Shown here: positions 18,755-31,100 of the stretch, piece after piece
How the letters are laid out: each line of letters starts with the position of its first letter
Numbering within the stretch: the stretch's first letter is position 1
Assembly: GCF_000400465.1 (NCBI RefSeq)
Contig: NW_008806296.1
Location: 60,001-92,000, forward strand
DNA: 32,000 nt
Source: Wallemia ichthyophaga EXF-994
Taxonomy: Eukaryota; Fungi; Basidiomycota
Direction: 5' to 3'
Notes under the pieces: generated by a model
What the model saw: only the letters and a program-made list of their open reading frames with translations
Databases searched by the model: none
What the model was told of the DNA's origin: nothing
Made by a program: the position numbers and the translations under genes

Positions 18755-20630
18755 TCAGAAATACTGATGCCTATCATGCTTTGGTGAGATGGTTGAATTA
18801 GGTGTAAGCGTTAGCGGTGAATGTGAATGAAAGTGTGATTGCTTGTGTCCAGATGTTGATGAGTCACTTCCACCGAGAATTGGTAGTGCGCTCAAAGGTC
18901 TCTTGCGTCGTGATTTTTTCTTATTTGTACTACCTGTACTCGATGGTAGTGGTAAACTCATCTGATTAGGTTTCGGATGCTTCAACTCCGGTACCTTATT
19001 CTGGTTGATCGAAGCTCTGTAGACGTATATAGATCCACTATCACTTCCACCGACAACAATCACCTCATGCTCCTGGCGTAGTATTGCTGTACATTTAATA
19101 AGTTCGGGTGTTTGCCATAGGTCATAACCGGGGATGTTGATGCTGTTATCATCTGCTCTGGCATTGATCGCACATTGCGTAGGCCATACGTAGAGATGCT
19201 TGTCTTCACTGCCAGAGCTGATCCAGCTACCATCGCTGCTGGGTGTGATACCCATCTGCATCGATCTGTTTTTATTACCTTGGTGGTGTGAGACTGTGTA
19301 AATCAAGAATACCCCACAAACCTTTAAACTTCGCGACTACTTTCTTGCTATCAAGGTTAACCATGTATGCTCTGTTATCGGCGTTTGTAACTAAGACGAA
19401 ATCATCGTGGACATATGGAATTGCTTCAATTCCTACTATCTTTTTGCTGGAGTTTATCCTCTTTGAGTTGTGATTCTCAGCGTTGTGAATGTGTGTCTGG
19501 TTTGTGTAATTGTAAAGCTTAATGGTAGCTACATGCTTCATCCCCTTATTAGAGTAGGTGAATATGTCAAGCTGACCGAGGAGGGTGCCAACCAAGATGT
19601 AGTTACCCGTCTTGCTAAATGCGCAAGCTGTGATGAGCTCATTGAGTCTGTGTGAGAAAATGGCAGATTTGAGTGGAATTGACCATAGTTTGATTGTAGC
19701 ATCTAAACTAGACGAGATAAAATATCTGTCGTCCTTAGGATGAAATTTGGTAGATGTGACAATATCGTTGTGCCTAAAAGTGGACAAACAGCCAGATCTA
19801 TTTGGATGCCAAAGTCTAACAGTCTTATCTAGACTTGCGGTGATGAAAAAATTGTTCTTGCTCCAGTCCAAACCAGATACGCCGGAGTGATGATCGCTAA
19901 ACTCTTTCACATCAATATCGTCGAAAGAAGTCTTATCGTGTTTGAGATTGTGAATTCTGACCAAACCGTTAAAGTTAGCCGAGGCAAGGTAGTTACCATC
20001 GTGACTAAATTTCATGTCGTAAACAGCGTCTTCATCGTCGTAGCTGGCGGATCTTTGAGGAGCGTTCTCTGTAGAAGGAGATCTAGTTGGAGAATAAGGT
20101 CTAGAAGATTTGTGAATTTTTGCACGTTCGGCTAATGAGGAAGGAAGAACGGATAAATTAGACATAGGAGGATAAAGAACTTGTTGTAAGTGTAGTCTAT
20201 GAAATTGTTTTGTAGGTTGCCGATGAGAATGTATCCGGATATGTTGGGGGATGCCATCAAAAGATAAGCGACGATGAGGATGGTAGGAGCGGCATTTGCC
20301 CTTATTCTTGAATAGCTTGCCTATAAGATTATTGCGCTGGCTATTAGAGCGATTTGGATGTGTGATCTTGGTCGGCGGGCGATGATGGGGGGGTTGAGGA
20401 GATTGAAGTGTGTAATCGCTGTAATCGCTGCTGTTGCTATCGGAGGTGTCTGTGGGTTGCTGCTGTGAGTAATTGTCTTGAGAATCTTGAGAATCTGGAG
20501 GCTTTAGTGGCTGTTCTTGGTGGGTGTAGGCGGTGGTGTTGGTGATGCTGTCACTGCCACTACCACTACCACTACCACTACCACTGCCACTCTGCGTATC
20601 CCAGCCTAGCCAATTGAATAAGAAATTCAT
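18755..20630 (-). CDS. WD40-repeat protein, WDR44/YMR102C-DGR2-like (exons 20630-19322, 19278-18755; ~610 aa)
   Basis: WD repeats DMKFSHDGNYLASA, LDWSKNNFFITASLDKTVRLWH, HNDIVTSTKFHPKDDRYFISSSLDATIKLWSI and SSDGSWISSGSEDKHLYVW. A 43-nt intron 19279-19321 joins KFKG to NKNRS. Confidence 0.8.
20551..20592. repeat. Coding hexanucleotide microsatellite (CCACTR)n encoding a Ser-Gly run in the WD40 protein N-terminus
   Basis: tcactg ccacta ccacta ccacta ccacta ccactg ccactc, translated on the minus strand as SGSGSGSGSGSGSD. Confidence 0.9.
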
Positions 20631-20802
20631 TACATAAAAGAAATGAAAATTATCTCTTGGTGGTTGATTTATAACAATTCTCGTTGATAATCCCTAATCT
20701 CTGTCTAACACTTGACTAAGCCGGTGGGCTTTAGAAGACCGGTGAAATTTTAATTTTGTATCAAGTGCCCTAGGTTGCAATTTTAATAGTCCCTCTATTG
20801 AA
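20631..20802. promoter_or_regulatory. 172-nt AT-rich divergent interval WD40/DSS1 (putative bidirectional promoter)
   Basis: Head-to-head ATGs; AT-rich sequence with two CCGGTG copies at 20721 and 20739. Confidence 0.45.
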
Positions 20803-23632
20803 ATGAAGAGATCCCTATTACAATCCAAGAATGCCTTCAATTTACAAAGGAAGTCTGCCGTAAAACTAATAAACGCTGCAACTTCAAATAAGTTCAGTAA
20901 ATCCCCTGGCTTGGATTATTCAAATAACCTCGCTGGTAATTTTAAACCAATCCGATTCCACGATGGCGTTACTGATTCTTGGTGGCTACGTTTCACTCCA
21001 AATCACTCAACTGCCCCTGGGGACTTTGTATATATCCCAAAGTTGGTTTCTTTTGGTATTATTCTCCCTCTCTAATCCTCCTAACAGATACTCCCAAGTC
21101 GGTGTTGCTCTAGGCGTTGATATCATCGATGGTAGGCGCGTTTGGCACTGTCTACACTCCTCAGGCGTTTTATTACCTTACCCTGATTCTGCCATCGTTC
21201 ATTCAACTCCGTTGTTCGATTCCTCTGAGTTAGATTTCAATCAAATTAGTGACATCATATCTCACTCAAAGCTGAATCCTCCTGCCGAACATCACGTTTA
21301 CAACCCTGAAACTGATCCATTTGCTCCTTACAAAGCTAGGCTTTCTTCTCGCCTCAAGCGTCTTCGTTTTGACTTGGAATCCGTTCAGCGACAGCTAACC
21401 ACTCAGGTTAATGACGTCTACAATTCTATAAAGCACAAGAATGATATGAAGTGGCGTGAATATGACATTCTCACTCTTGCTACACGTCATTTCAATCTGA
21501 AGCAGCCCACACAATTGCACATTCTTGCACTGCATATCATGCTCTACTCCAATACAACCGAGTACAACATGCTTGAAACACCTTCATCCATACAGGCTAT
21601 GAAGTTTGGTGTGCGACCCGCTACTGAAGTTAGCATCCTCAGACTGGTGCACGACTGGGTCAATACCCGAGAAGGGAGAAGCATCCTTGGGAGCTTTGTC
21701 GAAAAGACCCACAAACTGCTAGAGGCTTCATCACAAACCGACAAGTCTATCAAATCACCACTGCCACTACCTCCACCACTCACCTACACTCCTAACGAAG
21801 GCATTCTCATTCGCTTCATCACTGACGCCTGCCAGACGCTCAACACACCATCCTTCAATCCCTACGAATCTCTCTGCTGCATACTCCTCAAGAACTTTCC
21901 TCAATACCACCACGTCAGCCAGGAAAACTGGCGATCGTTGGCCTTTGACCTGCTCCAGAATGTTGGAGTATTTGCACCCTGGGAGAGCATACATATGGCA
22001 GGCAGCGCAACACTAGTTCCACGCGACAACCACGTCGATAGACAGTTCGACCGGTTGAGCGAGACAGCGATACGGGAGTACCGCAGTGGTCCCACCATTG
22101 GCAGTAGCGGGCATACGCTGCAACAGCATGACATACTAGACGCACACCGACGAGATTTCGGACAGTTGCCAGTCTTCGTGATAGACGATGCCAATGCAAA
22201 TGAGCTCGATGACGGTGTATCGCTTGAAGAGGTCGATGGCGAAGGGAAGCAGTGGGTGCATGTGCACATAGCCGACCCAGCTAGTGGGATCCCACACACA
22301 CACCCCCTCTCTCTACTAGCTAAAGAACGCATCAGTTCGCTCTATCTCCCCCACCGCACCGTCCCAATGCTGCCACGCGAGTTGTGTCGCGAGGGTTTTT
22401 CGCTCGGCAGTCGCACACCGCAGCCGGTGCTTACGTTTTCTGCGCAAGTAGACGCACATGGCGCATTAGTCGACTATGACGTGAGCGCATCTATCATTAA
22501 TAACATCCACACGCTCACGTACGACGATGTCGACGATGCGCTGGGGGTGAGTGGGGAAGCCACACGCATGCATGGCCGACTGCTAGATAGAGTGAGTAAG
22601 ATGCGTGGTAAAGCTAACCAAGACTCACCCGCACTGTCTCACCCGGCCATCCCGTCGCATCACTTGGACACACTGCGCAAGCTCGTCCACGTCTCCACGC
22701 AGCATTCGGCACAACGCGTCGCGAATGGCATGCTATTCTGGCAGACTTATGTGCCTAGCACATCTGTATCGCCGCTGCCGCTCCCGAGTCCGCCACTGCA
22801 GATGCAGACGCTATGGGAGGGGCGTCCGCAGGTAGCACTACATGCACAGCCTACCCCCGACTCTCTCTCGCGCCGACTCGTCAGCCAATGCATGGCACTA
22901 GGGTGTCAAGTAGCTTCGCGGTGGCTAGGGGAGCGTGACGTTCCCGGTGTGAACCGCGGCGCACCCGTCCCCGAATCAGCCCTACCTGGTGCGATGGAAG
23001 AGCTACTATCACAACGCGACCAAGTAACGGGTGAGGTGTCCACCGCTGCCGTGTCTACCGCCGAGGCTAGTTTCACAGGCGGAACACTCTCTTCACGTCC
23101 CATTCCCCACTCCCTTAATGGATGCATGGATGGTTACGCTCGTGTTACATCCCCCCTGAGACGATATAGCGATTTGGTAATGCACTACCAGATTCGCAGC
23201 GCTCTGCTAGCTCATCACTCCCCGACCGAGCGCGTGCCATGGATGTATAAAACGCACGATGAAATGGAGGTATTCCTCAATAAATGTCGCCAGTTTGAGG
23301 GACCGCACAGCCGCATAAGTAATCGCGTAAACGATTATTGGGTGGTAAGGGAACTCAGACGCAGACATGCATGCTCGGAAGGCGGATGGGAGGCGCACGC
23401 ACCCCTCACTTGCACTATCACTGGTGCGTGGAAGAATGACGGCGCAGGAACACGTAGTTGGGCGCCGTGCGAGGTCGGCGATCTCGGAAATATGGGCGCG
23501 AGGCTCGTCAAGGATCACATCACTCCTCATCACCTCTTCAAAGCTGACATAGGTAGGGTTGTTAGAGGATCACCGCTCGATTTCCAACTCTATGAAAGCG
23601 CGAGATTGATCGTCAAGTTGGAGGAAATGTAG
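20803..23632 (+). CDS. DSS1: Mitochondrial degradosome exoribonuclease, RNase II/RNB family (DSS1/CYT-4) (exons 20803-21041, 21088-23632; ~927 aa)
   Basis: Basic presequence-like N-terminus; RNB motifs VFVIDDANANELDDGVS, VHVHIADP, SLYLPHRTVPMLP and YARVTSPLRRYSDLVMHYQI. A 46-nt intron 21042-21087 (GTTGGT...CTAAC.AG) joins in frame. Confidence 0.85.
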
Positions 23633-23728
23633 GTGGCTCGTTGAGTGTGAGGTGTGTTGCTGACTGGAGCATATCAAAGGTAATTTATTTATTTAGACTG
23701 TTTCTACTCTATACACATACATATTATA

Positions 23729-25312
23729 TTACACATCACTGCTTTGGTTTTGACTTTTAGTTTTGCTCTTCTTTTTGTTATTCTTGTTTTTGTTCTTGCG
23801 TTTCTTTGCTGGGGCAGCTGCTGCTACTCTGGCTCCTTCTGCAGTATCCACTCTCTCGAAACAAGCCACAAAGAATCCATTGGTGCGGTCGGTTCCAGGA
23901 GAACAGCGAATGACGCTCTGCGCCAAACCGACATCACCACCAAACGGCTCAGAGTGACCGCGCGTAGGCCATTCCGGCAGACACGAGTCTCTGCTCGCAA
24001 GTCTAAAATCGGGATGCTGGATGAGCGAATTCATAACCACGCACTCATTCTCCTCCTCGTGCACTGAGCAGGTAGAGTATACGATGCGGCGTACATTTGG
24101 AACTAAAGTGGCGTGATATGTTGGTTGGTTGATACGCAATACGCACACTACCCACATTTCATCGCATGTCCTATGATAGTCTCCTGGAAAGCCGCCAAGG
24201 CACTGAGACGGTCATCGTGCGCCTCTCTGTCGTCGTTATCTGGTGTGTGTGTGAACATCAAGGCTATAAACCTTCCACGCCGCCAACGCACCTTGTTCAG
24301 TGAGGTAATCGAGTCTGTTGACAATCCCAGAGCCCGTACAGCTCGGGTCGAGGAGGATGTGTGTGACGTCGGCGTGTGCAAATGGATCGCAATGGGTGAA
24401 ATCACCCAGGACGTTTTGGGTGTTAGCGCAACCAGCCACACTGACCATCTTTTCGAGCGTCGCAAATCGTTTTGGCATGTGCTCGTAAGCGAGTAGCTTG
24501 CCTTTGTTGTGCATGAGCGACGACAGCAGCGTAGTCTTGTTGCCGGGTGCCGCCGTCGCATCGATGACCGTGCCCATGTTGTGACTCTGACTGTCCAATT
24601 CACTCGCCAGCCTCTTGCCATATGTTTTGAGCTCATTCAGCAGCACTACCGGTGGCATGCAGCTCGCTAGATCTTGCAGTATTACCTCCCCGCTGTTGTA
24701 CATGTCGCTCGACGTTATGCGTTGCGATAGCCTTACATGCACTGCTATCAGGCTCGGTATATGTTCCACTACCCTGTATGCGTCACTCGCTAGTGGCTGC
24801 TCATTGCTCGTCTTATCCTCGCGCAAACCCAGCAGCTGAGCCAGCTTGGTGACGCCATCGATAAATGCTATTTTGTTTGTGTTGATGCGCAGGTATCTCG
24901 GAATAAGTTCTCCTTCAGATTCAGCCTTCCTACCCAAATCACTATTCGTCGTCACACCAGCCTTGACTCTCAACTTGGTGAGTTCCCCCCTTAATCTCGT
25001 TTTGTGGCGCAGAATTGCATCTTTGATCGGCCCTGAGCCAGCTTCAATCGCCTGCCGCTTTGAGAATAGCAGGTCGTGTAGAAGAACCATGACAAGATAA
25101 ATAGGATCGCCTTGTGGCTTGGCAATCTTAATCGCCTTCTTCTCTTTATCTAGCAACCCAGTCACTCCAACCAGCTGCTTTATCACATCCTGGTACTTGA
25201 GCGTCTCCAGTACAAGAGCGAGCAGTCGCTTGGAATGGGCGTACGATTTAACCGACGTCTGCTTGTTAAGCACCCTCTCAACTGCCTCCGACGCCTGACG
25301 ATAGAATTCCAT
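23729..25312 (-). CDS. RCM1: 25S rRNA cytosine-C5 methyltransferase RCM1/NSUN5 (exons 25312-24292, 24239-24156, 24102-23729; ~492 aa)
   Basis: IPRYLRINT, LQDLASCMPP, DATAAPGNKT, LLDPSCTGSG (motif IV Cys) and IVYSTCSVHEEENE (motif VI Cys); Lys-rich tail. Introns 24240-24291 and 24103-24155. Confidence 0.88.
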
Positions 25313-25452
25313 CCGTTGGTTGCTACGATTGCTATCACTCAAGACACACATATAAAACGTAGAAAAACTTCAAAAGTCCAATACATCCCTAAAACTATAC
25401 ATTTATCCTCCCTCATCTGACTAATCCATCTTTCTTGCTTTTTTTTTACTCT

Positions 25453-28019
25453 TTATACTTCTGGCGCTGGTGAATATGTCGACGGTGAGTTTGTGCTCGG
25501 TGGACCCGGTGAGCCAACTCCCACTGCTCGTATGTGTGTCATCTGTGGCGCTGGGTAAGGTACCAGTGGTGTCATCTGAGGTGAAGGTGATGGGTATGCT
25601 GCAAAAACTGTTCCTCCTCCTTGGCTTGGTTGTGATTGCTGTGATTGCTGTGGTGTTGGTGTTGTTGATTGATGTTGTGGGTGTCCAGGTGGTGGCCCTC
25701 CCATTGGCGGCCTGTTTTGCATATTAGGTGAAAATTGTGGCATATATGCTTGTCTGGGTGCTTGCAATCCTGCCGCCATCGCAGCTTGGAACATTTGCGC
25801 AGGTGGTGGTCCTTGACCTGGTTGCATTTGTGGTCCAAATCCGATCGCTTGTCCTGAGGGTGGTCCAGCTATGAATTGTGGTACCATTCCATATGGTCCT
25901 GGGCCTGGCCCTGGTGGTGCCCCAGGTGCTCCTGGTGCTCCCATTGGTCCTCCTCCATTTGGCATTGGTGACTGTCCGCCAAATGGAATTCTATAGTAGT
26001 ACGGCTGCCCTTGACTCATTGCCGCTTGTGCTTGTGCTTGTGCTGCGGCTTGTGCTTGTGCAATCACCATATTCTGAGCTGCAACAGCTTCATCAGGTGA
26101 ACCATAATCATTGTTTCCATAGTACTGATTACTTGGAAACCTCGATTTATATGACTTTCCACTGAATTGCCAGTGTGGTCCAATCTGTTGTGCTTCCATT
26201 ACTGTTTGATTCTTGAATGGATTGAAATCTTCCTTTACGTGCAGCCCAGACAAGCCACGTTTAATTGGCTTTGTACCAAAAAATGGATTTTTAATAGGCG
26301 TCGGAGCGCTAGTACTAGTAACTTGAGAAGTTGATTGTGATGGTGGTTTTGGTGATAGGTTGTTAGATGATCCACCTGGTGTAAAAGACATGGCATTTGG
26401 ATTAGGTTTGAATGAGAAGGCTTTTGGATTCAAAGATTTTGATCCACCTGCAGTTGATGTGCTAGCTTGTGATAAGGCAGGTGAAACAACTGAACGGCGA
26501 TCGACAGGAGGTGAACCTGGAGATTGATTGGTAGCCGGTTGTGAGACATGACGATTGCGCTCAGCTCTGACAGCCTTTACGCGCTCAGGGTTGAAAGGCG
26601 GAATCTTGGGTATGTTCATGTACTGCTTCAAAGAAGGTGACTTGGATTGTTTGAAGTCGTCCGGCTTTGCATTTGACTTGGTTGAGGTGTCAGAGATTGA
26701 TTTATCAGATTCCTTCTCCTTCTCCTTTCTCTCATTCTTTGCAACGATACCTGCGATATCTTCTGGCATATCAGTCTTGAGCTTGAAAGACTGACCAAAC
26801 TTGATCAAATCAGCAACTGTAGATGACTTTTCTTGGTTTACGAGTGCTTGCTTCTTTTGTTGTAAGCGCTCTTTTTCATTTGAGACAAAAGCTCTAAAGT
26901 CACCAATAAGAGAAGGGTCCGAAGGTTTTGTGGGCACTTTCTCATGAGGTAATTGCATTTGAACTTGGGATTTTGGAGCGGTGGGTGGCTGAGGCTGTTG
27001 TTGTTGCTCTGGTTGACTGGGTTGTTGTTCTTTTTGCTGCAATGGCTGCTCTGGCTGTTGCACTGGTTGTTGCACTGGTTGTTGCAATGGCTGCTCTTCT
27101 GGTTGCTGCAATGACTGCTGTTGTTGCACCTTCTGTGAAGCTCTACGTGCTTGTGGAGGAACATATGCATTTGGACCTCTTGTGACGCCAGAATACTTTT
27201 CTTCCTCGGTTAAAGCCACAGACTGACCTCTTTCTTCATTAACGTGAGCGTTTGAAGATTGCTGGTTAAGAATTTCTTTTGCCAGTTTATCAGCCTTCTT
27301 CTCGCGTTCTTTGTAGTCATTTCCCGACCTATCGAGCTTTGTAGTGTACATTTCCTCATTGTAGTTTGTTTGTAATCCAAACATCTGTTCGTTTGCCTTG
27401 AATTGATCCCAGGCGCCACCTTGATGATTATCTTGTGTCTCCACAGACTCATTACTTGGATAATCATCCGCCCAGCTCAACGACGCAGAAGCGTCTTGTG
27501 AGGATGAAATGATAGCAGGATCATCCGGTAAGACGTCTGGCGTCCAAGGCTTTAGCTCGCGTTCGTTGGTGTGCTTAGCTTTAGAGATATCTGTATCGAC
27601 TTTGAAGGCTTTTGGAGTTGTGAGATTGAGTGAATTGTAGCACCACTAATACCACTCACAATCAGCCTTTATTTGCTCCAAGTCGACCAAGTCTTTGAGC
27701 TGTACTTTTGTGTGTTTGGTGTCCTGCTTAAGTGTAATCTCATGATTGGCTGAAATGAGTGTCCCTCTGAGTTTCTCGTTTTGACGCGTGGAGATGACGA
27801 CTTGCTTGCCCTAAAAGCGTGTTAGATTGGAATATACGTCATCATATACTCACTATCGCTCCTTGTAACTTATCTGCGCTCTTATTATGGGTTCTCCAGC
27901 TCTGTCTCCTGGACCTTGTAAGCAGGTGGCTGGTACACAGCCCAATAATAAACCCACCTTGCACCATTGTTAAATGAATTGTTGTTGTTTCTCTTTCCCC
28001 CTCTGCTCGCTTGATTCAT
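25453..28019 (-). CDS. PBP1: Poly(A)-binding-protein-binding protein PBP1 / ataxin-2 (Lsm, LsmAD, PAM2-like, Pro/Gln/Met-rich tail) (exons 28019-27958, 27914-27854, 27810-27660, 27608-25453; ~809 aa)
   Basis: Lsm-like GKQVVISTRQNEKLRGTL; FKVDTDIS...ERELKPW; LsmAD WDQFKANEQMFGLQTNYNEEMYTTKLDR; PAM2-like SLNPKAFSFKPNPNAMSFTP. Introns 27915-27957, 27811-27853 and 27609-27659. Confidence 0.88.
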
Positions 28020-28100
28020 TTCAATCTCAGCGTATGAGTATTAAGTGGTTGCAGTCCAAGATATTTGTGAAAAAATAAATATATCTCTATTTTTTATATT

Positions 28101-31100
28101 CTAATGTCCACTTCTTCCAATAGCCCGTGCTTCGTCTACTCTCGGTAACTTGTACTCCCCTTCCCCAGTTGGTGCTCCCAGGAACTCCGCTTTGACCAAC
28201 CACGCGACGTATAATCCCAACAAAGGCATATCAACCGTCGTCTTGACCTTCTCATCCGCCTTGGACTTCTTGATCAACTCTTGTGCATTCTTGTCATCCA
28301 GCGATGCACTCTTGGTCGACGTAGGCAGGTCATCCAAAACAAAGTGCAGCAATGGGAACAATGCGTTATCTCCAACTTCCATTACGTGCTTCTCCAGCTC
28401 TGACCTCCACACAAGATAGTCACTCGTCTGAACTTGATATCCGTATTTCTCCAGACATCCTAATAAGTCTGAGTAACGCACAGGTGGTCGAGCTGTTACG
28501 TGGACAACTCCATTACTATTTCCGTCTTCAACCCTACTCAGCATAGACAGTGTTGTAAGTCTGGCGACGTGATCAACGGGTACCATGTTAACAAAGTTGT
28601 GGATATTTGGCACTTGTCCGAGTTGTACGCATCCCTTGACTAACCTCCACAGAAAGTCATCCGTGTTTGTCACTTTTGCCTCATTAGATTGTTTTCATTA
28701 GTAGATCACCTCACCTACCTGCTGACTCTGAATCTCCAACAACGTACCCCGGTCTAACTATCGTACAGGCCAAGCCTCGCTTCGTGGCCTCCATCAAAAG
28801 CTTCTCGGCGACCCACTTGCTCTGTCCGTAACCAGTGCCAAGTCCCTCGCGAGCGCCTTCAAGATCATCTGACTCGAGCACACCTGAAGATTGACCGGAC
28901 AGTGTCAATTCATCAGAAAGCTTGATGTAATGTTCAGTATCGAGTGCGGAAGTTGAAGACACAAATGACAACGCCTTAGCCTTCTGGTTGGCTGCCAGTT
29001 CAATAGCAGTCATTGTAGAGAGAACGTTAGCCGAACGAAGCTTGCCGTACGAGTAAACCCAGTGCACAAATGCACCATTGTGAATTATGGCGTCAGAGTC
29101 ACTCGAAAGCCTATTCCACTCCTTTTCGTCTAATCCAAAATGCTTAGATTCAAGATCACCAACTACTGCCTCAACTCTGCCCTGCTTGACCCACGTCTCA
29201 TCCCATGAATGACGCGCTGATCCACCCTGTCTGAGTCTGTTGATACCGTCCTCGTTCGATTTAGCACGAACAACACAGATTACTTTATCCACTCTGTCTC
29301 CACGCAACTTGAGCAGATCACGCAGAACAAAAGCACCAAGGAAACCAGTGGCACCAGTCAAAACCACAGTAAGCTTCTTGTTGTTCAAGTCTGATGGTAG
29401 TGCTGGGTACTTGTCAGCCAATCGAGGTATGAGAGAATCGAAATCGTTTCCGTAATGAACCTCATCCGACGCTGCTTTGTCATCCTTCTTCACACCGACA
29501 ACGTCAGCATGCAGTCCGAGATCGGCTGCCTTCATTCCTTCAATTGAGTAGGCCAATCCTTCAATAGTTGGCTGCTCGAACACCAATCCGAGCGGTGCTT
29601 CAACGACGAGAGCTTTTCTTATCTCGAAAATCAATCGAGTCGCCAAAATGGAGTGACCACCTAAATCGAAAAAGTTGTCATCTAAAGCGATAGATGATGG
29701 TGCTGAAGGAAGAAGATTCTTCCAGACATCGTGGATAGTTTGTTGAATTGGAGTAAGCTTACGGTCGTCACCCACGTTTGTACGCGGCGTAAGAATAGCC
29801 GTATCTGGGAATGGCAGAGCTGGCTTGTCGATCTTACCATTTGGATTGAGTGGCATGCGCGTGAGTGGGATGAAAACTGAAAAATCTAGTCAGCATCATT
29901 CAAATAAAATACTAAGACTCACTAGATGGGATCGAATACGTTGGTAGCTTGGTTTTGAGATGCTCGCGCATGTTCTTGATAAGCTTACGGTAACGCTTCA
30001 GTCCTCTAGCAATCTCCCTTGAACGATCATCCTGAACGTCGTGACCTTCATCTTCGTCGTTACTCATGTATCCTTCAAGCTCGCTTGTTTCATTTGGAAC
30101 AAAGTACGACACAAGAACCTTTTCCTCGTCCTTGTCACGTCTGACGAGAGTAACATTGTTTCTTACCAATGGATGAGCTGAAAGGTGAGTATCGATCTCA
30201 CCCAACTCAATTCTAAATCCACGGATCTTGATTTGGTCATCTGCTCTACCAGTACACTCTACCAACCCATCTGGGCCATATCTACCTAAATCGCCAGTTC
30301 TGTACATTCTGTCACGAATACCTTTCCAATATTTACTGTAGTCTGGTTTCGTTTCGGCTATGGTATCTCTCCTTTCAACGCCAAAGCCAAACCAATTCTC
30401 GGTGAATTTCTCCTTAGTAGCATTTGGATCTAAATAACCCTCTGACAGACCACCTGAACGGACGTAAATCTCGCCGACTTCACCAACACCACATAGGACG
30501 TTCTTGTCCTGGCGATTAACAACAAGTAACTGCACGTCAATCATTCCCTGACCAGCTGGCATTATATCTTTTTGTCTACCGAGGAAAGAAGAATTAGCGT
30601 TAACTGAAGGGATAGAGTAGTATGATACTGCTCTTTGGGTCTCAGTTGTACCGTACATGTTATTTATTTGAACGTTATGAGCTAAAGCTTGCAAACGAGT
30701 ACAGTCACGTTTAGTGAGGACATCACCAACAAAGAAGGCATTCTTGAGAGACGGTATGTGTCTAACGGCCTGAGCTGACAGTAACTGACCCATCGCTGGT
30801 GTCAAGTGTGTGACTGTGACTTGGGAATCCGCCATCCACTCAGCAAGCTGACCTGGTGTGCCAATATCTTCAGACGTTGGAACGTGCAACTCAGCACCGA
30901 GGAAAAGAGGTGTGAAGATATCTCTTTGGATAGGGTCGTGTGCGATACCACTAAGCATAGTGAACTTTTCATCCTTTGTCAAATTGAAACGCTCAGACAT
31001 CCAAGGGAAAAAGTGGGTGAGTGAGTAGTGACGACCCATCACACCCTTTGGAATACCAGTTGAGCCAGAAGTGAAAGAAAGAGTGCCGATTGAATCAGGA

